In this document: piece by piece, positions 31,159 through 32,000 of the stretch | Layout: every line of letters starts with the position of its first letter | Position numbering within the stretch: position 1 is the first letter of the stretch | Assembly: GCF_000219175.1 (NCBI RefSeq) | Contig: NC_015735.1 | Span: 1 to 32,000, forward strand | Source of the DNA: Candidatus Moranella endobia PCIT | Lineage (GTDB): Bacteria > Pseudomonadota > Gammaproteobacteria > Enterobacterales > Enterobacteriaceae | Direction: 5' to 3' | DNA length: 32,000 nucleotides | The notes under the pieces: generated by a model | What the model was told of the DNA's origin: nothing | Database searches by the model: none | The model's input: only the letters and a program-made list of their open reading frames with translations | Translations under genes and position numbers: made by a program

Positions 31159-31275
31159 ATGAAAAACGAGTTGTTTATTGCCGCATTGGGGTTGATCTTG
31201 CTAGAAATTTATGGCTGTGGATTAAAAAGTAACGTTTATTTACCGCCGGTTAACAAATCAAATAAAAGTAGTTAG
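31159..31275 (+). CDS. lptM: Truncated LptM (YifL)-like lipoprotein micro-ORF, 38 aa (not in ORF track)
   Basis: MKNELFIAALGLILLEIYGCGLKSNVYLPPVNKSNKSS* with GAGGT Shine-Dalgarno at 31151..31155. Shares signal peptide, lipobox Cys and C-G-L-K-x-x-x-Y-x-P-P with E. coli YifL (TGCGLKGPLYFPPADKN). Located between hemC and uvrD as in E. coli (hemC/cyaA-cyaY-yifL-dapF-yigA-xerC-yigB-uvrD). Confidence 0.85.
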   Translation: MKNELFIAALGLILLEIYGCGLKSNVYLPPVNKSNKSS

Positions 31276-31526
31276 TTGATCTAAAAATATTAATTTTACA
31301 CCGAATAAATAACCAATACCTAATTGCAGTCATAATAACCCTTCATAATATCAACGTAAGAGAACAATGTGACGTCATTATGCATACTCATACTAGCAGG
31401 AAAAATTTTATGCTTGCGTGTTTAACTTTCTTTGTTCAAATATTTTGAAATGAACAATTTTTCTGCATCTATGATTTCTGCTACTGACAAGGGGGTCATT
31501 CCTAGTTCACATATTAAAGGCAAAAT

Positions 31527-32000
31527 ATGTATGTTTATGATTTACTCAACCATTTAAACGATAAGCAACGTGAAGCAGTGACAGCACCTCGCGGTAATTT
31601 ACTAGTGCTGGCAGGAGCAGGTAGTGGTAAAACTAGAGTACTAGTGCACCGAATAGCTTGGCTATTATTAGTTGAACATTGTTTACCATCTTCTATAATG
31701 GCCGTAACATTTACCAACAAGGCGGCAGCAGAAATGCGCCATCGTATCGAACAGTTAGTAGGTACTAAGCAGTGTGGCATGTGGCTTGGTACTTTTCATG
31801 GACTAGCCAACCGCTTACTACATACTCACCATCAGGATGCTAATTTACCAAATGATTTTCATATTATAGATAGTGAGGATCAGCTGCGCTTGTTGAAACG
31901 TCTAATAAAAACTATGAATTTAGATGAGAAAAAATGGTCGCCGCGCCAGGCAATGTGGTACATCTGTGGCAAAAAAGATCAAGGTATACGACCGTATAAT
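31527..32000 (+). CDS. uvrD: DNA helicase II UvrD, 5' part (runs off window end)
   Basis: 158 in-frame codons: MYVYDLLNHLNDKQREAVTAPRGNLLVLAGAGSGKTRVLVHRIAWL...AVTFTNKAAAEMRHRI...GTFHGLANRLL...; no stop before 32000. Confidence 0.97.
   Translation, partial: MYVYDLLNHLNDKQREAVTAPRGNLLVLAGAGSGKTRVLVHRIAWLLLVEHCLPSSIMAVTFTNKAAAEMRHRIEQLVGTKQCGMWLGTFHGLANRLLHTHHQDANLPNDFHIIDSEDQLRLLKRLIKTMNLDEKKWSPRQAMWYICGKKDQGIRPYN

Noticed and set aside
31276-31526. Remnants of dapF, xerC or yigB between the lptM-like ORF and uvrD
   Set aside because: Looked for expected N- or C-terminal peptides but found nothing recognisable; an HMM search would be needed.

Overview
This 32 kb window comes from a reduced, AT-rich gammaproteobacterial (Enterobacterales-like) genome, most consistent with an insect endosymbiont. 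The organism call is inferred from gene content, gene loss and base composition; no database search was run. Genes follow fragments of the E. coli order: lepA-lepB-rnc-era-(recO lost)-(pdxJ reduced to its 3' tip)-acpS; a complete rRNA operon on the minus strand (16S, tRNA-Ile, tRNA-Ala, 23S, 5S, tRNA-Asp); mnmE-yidC-(yidD relic)-rnpA-rpmH; priA/rpmE; dnaN-gyrB with no recF and no adjacent dnaA; tRNA-Thr(CGU), trhO, cspC, engB, dnaB, ssb, hemD-hemC, a tiny lptM(yifL)-like lipoprotein ORF, and the 5' part of uvrD. Items missing from the supplied ORF track but supported by the sequence are: the 4.5S/SRP RNA gene (10661..10769, minus), rpmH (14667..14816, minus), the 38-codon lptM-like ORF (31159..31275), the pdxJ 3' remnant (4464..4571), the yidD relic (about 14128..14300, minus), four tRNAs, and the uvrD 5' end. 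I found no CRISPR array, prophage, transposon, defence island or clearly novel system. The most interesting points are the hidden ncRNA and micro-ORF, the gene fossils, missing 3'-CCA on three of four tRNAs, long pre-rRNA processing stems, and an overlapping palindrome/iteron cluster upstream of dnaN at the point where gene orientation diverges in a locus without dnaA.
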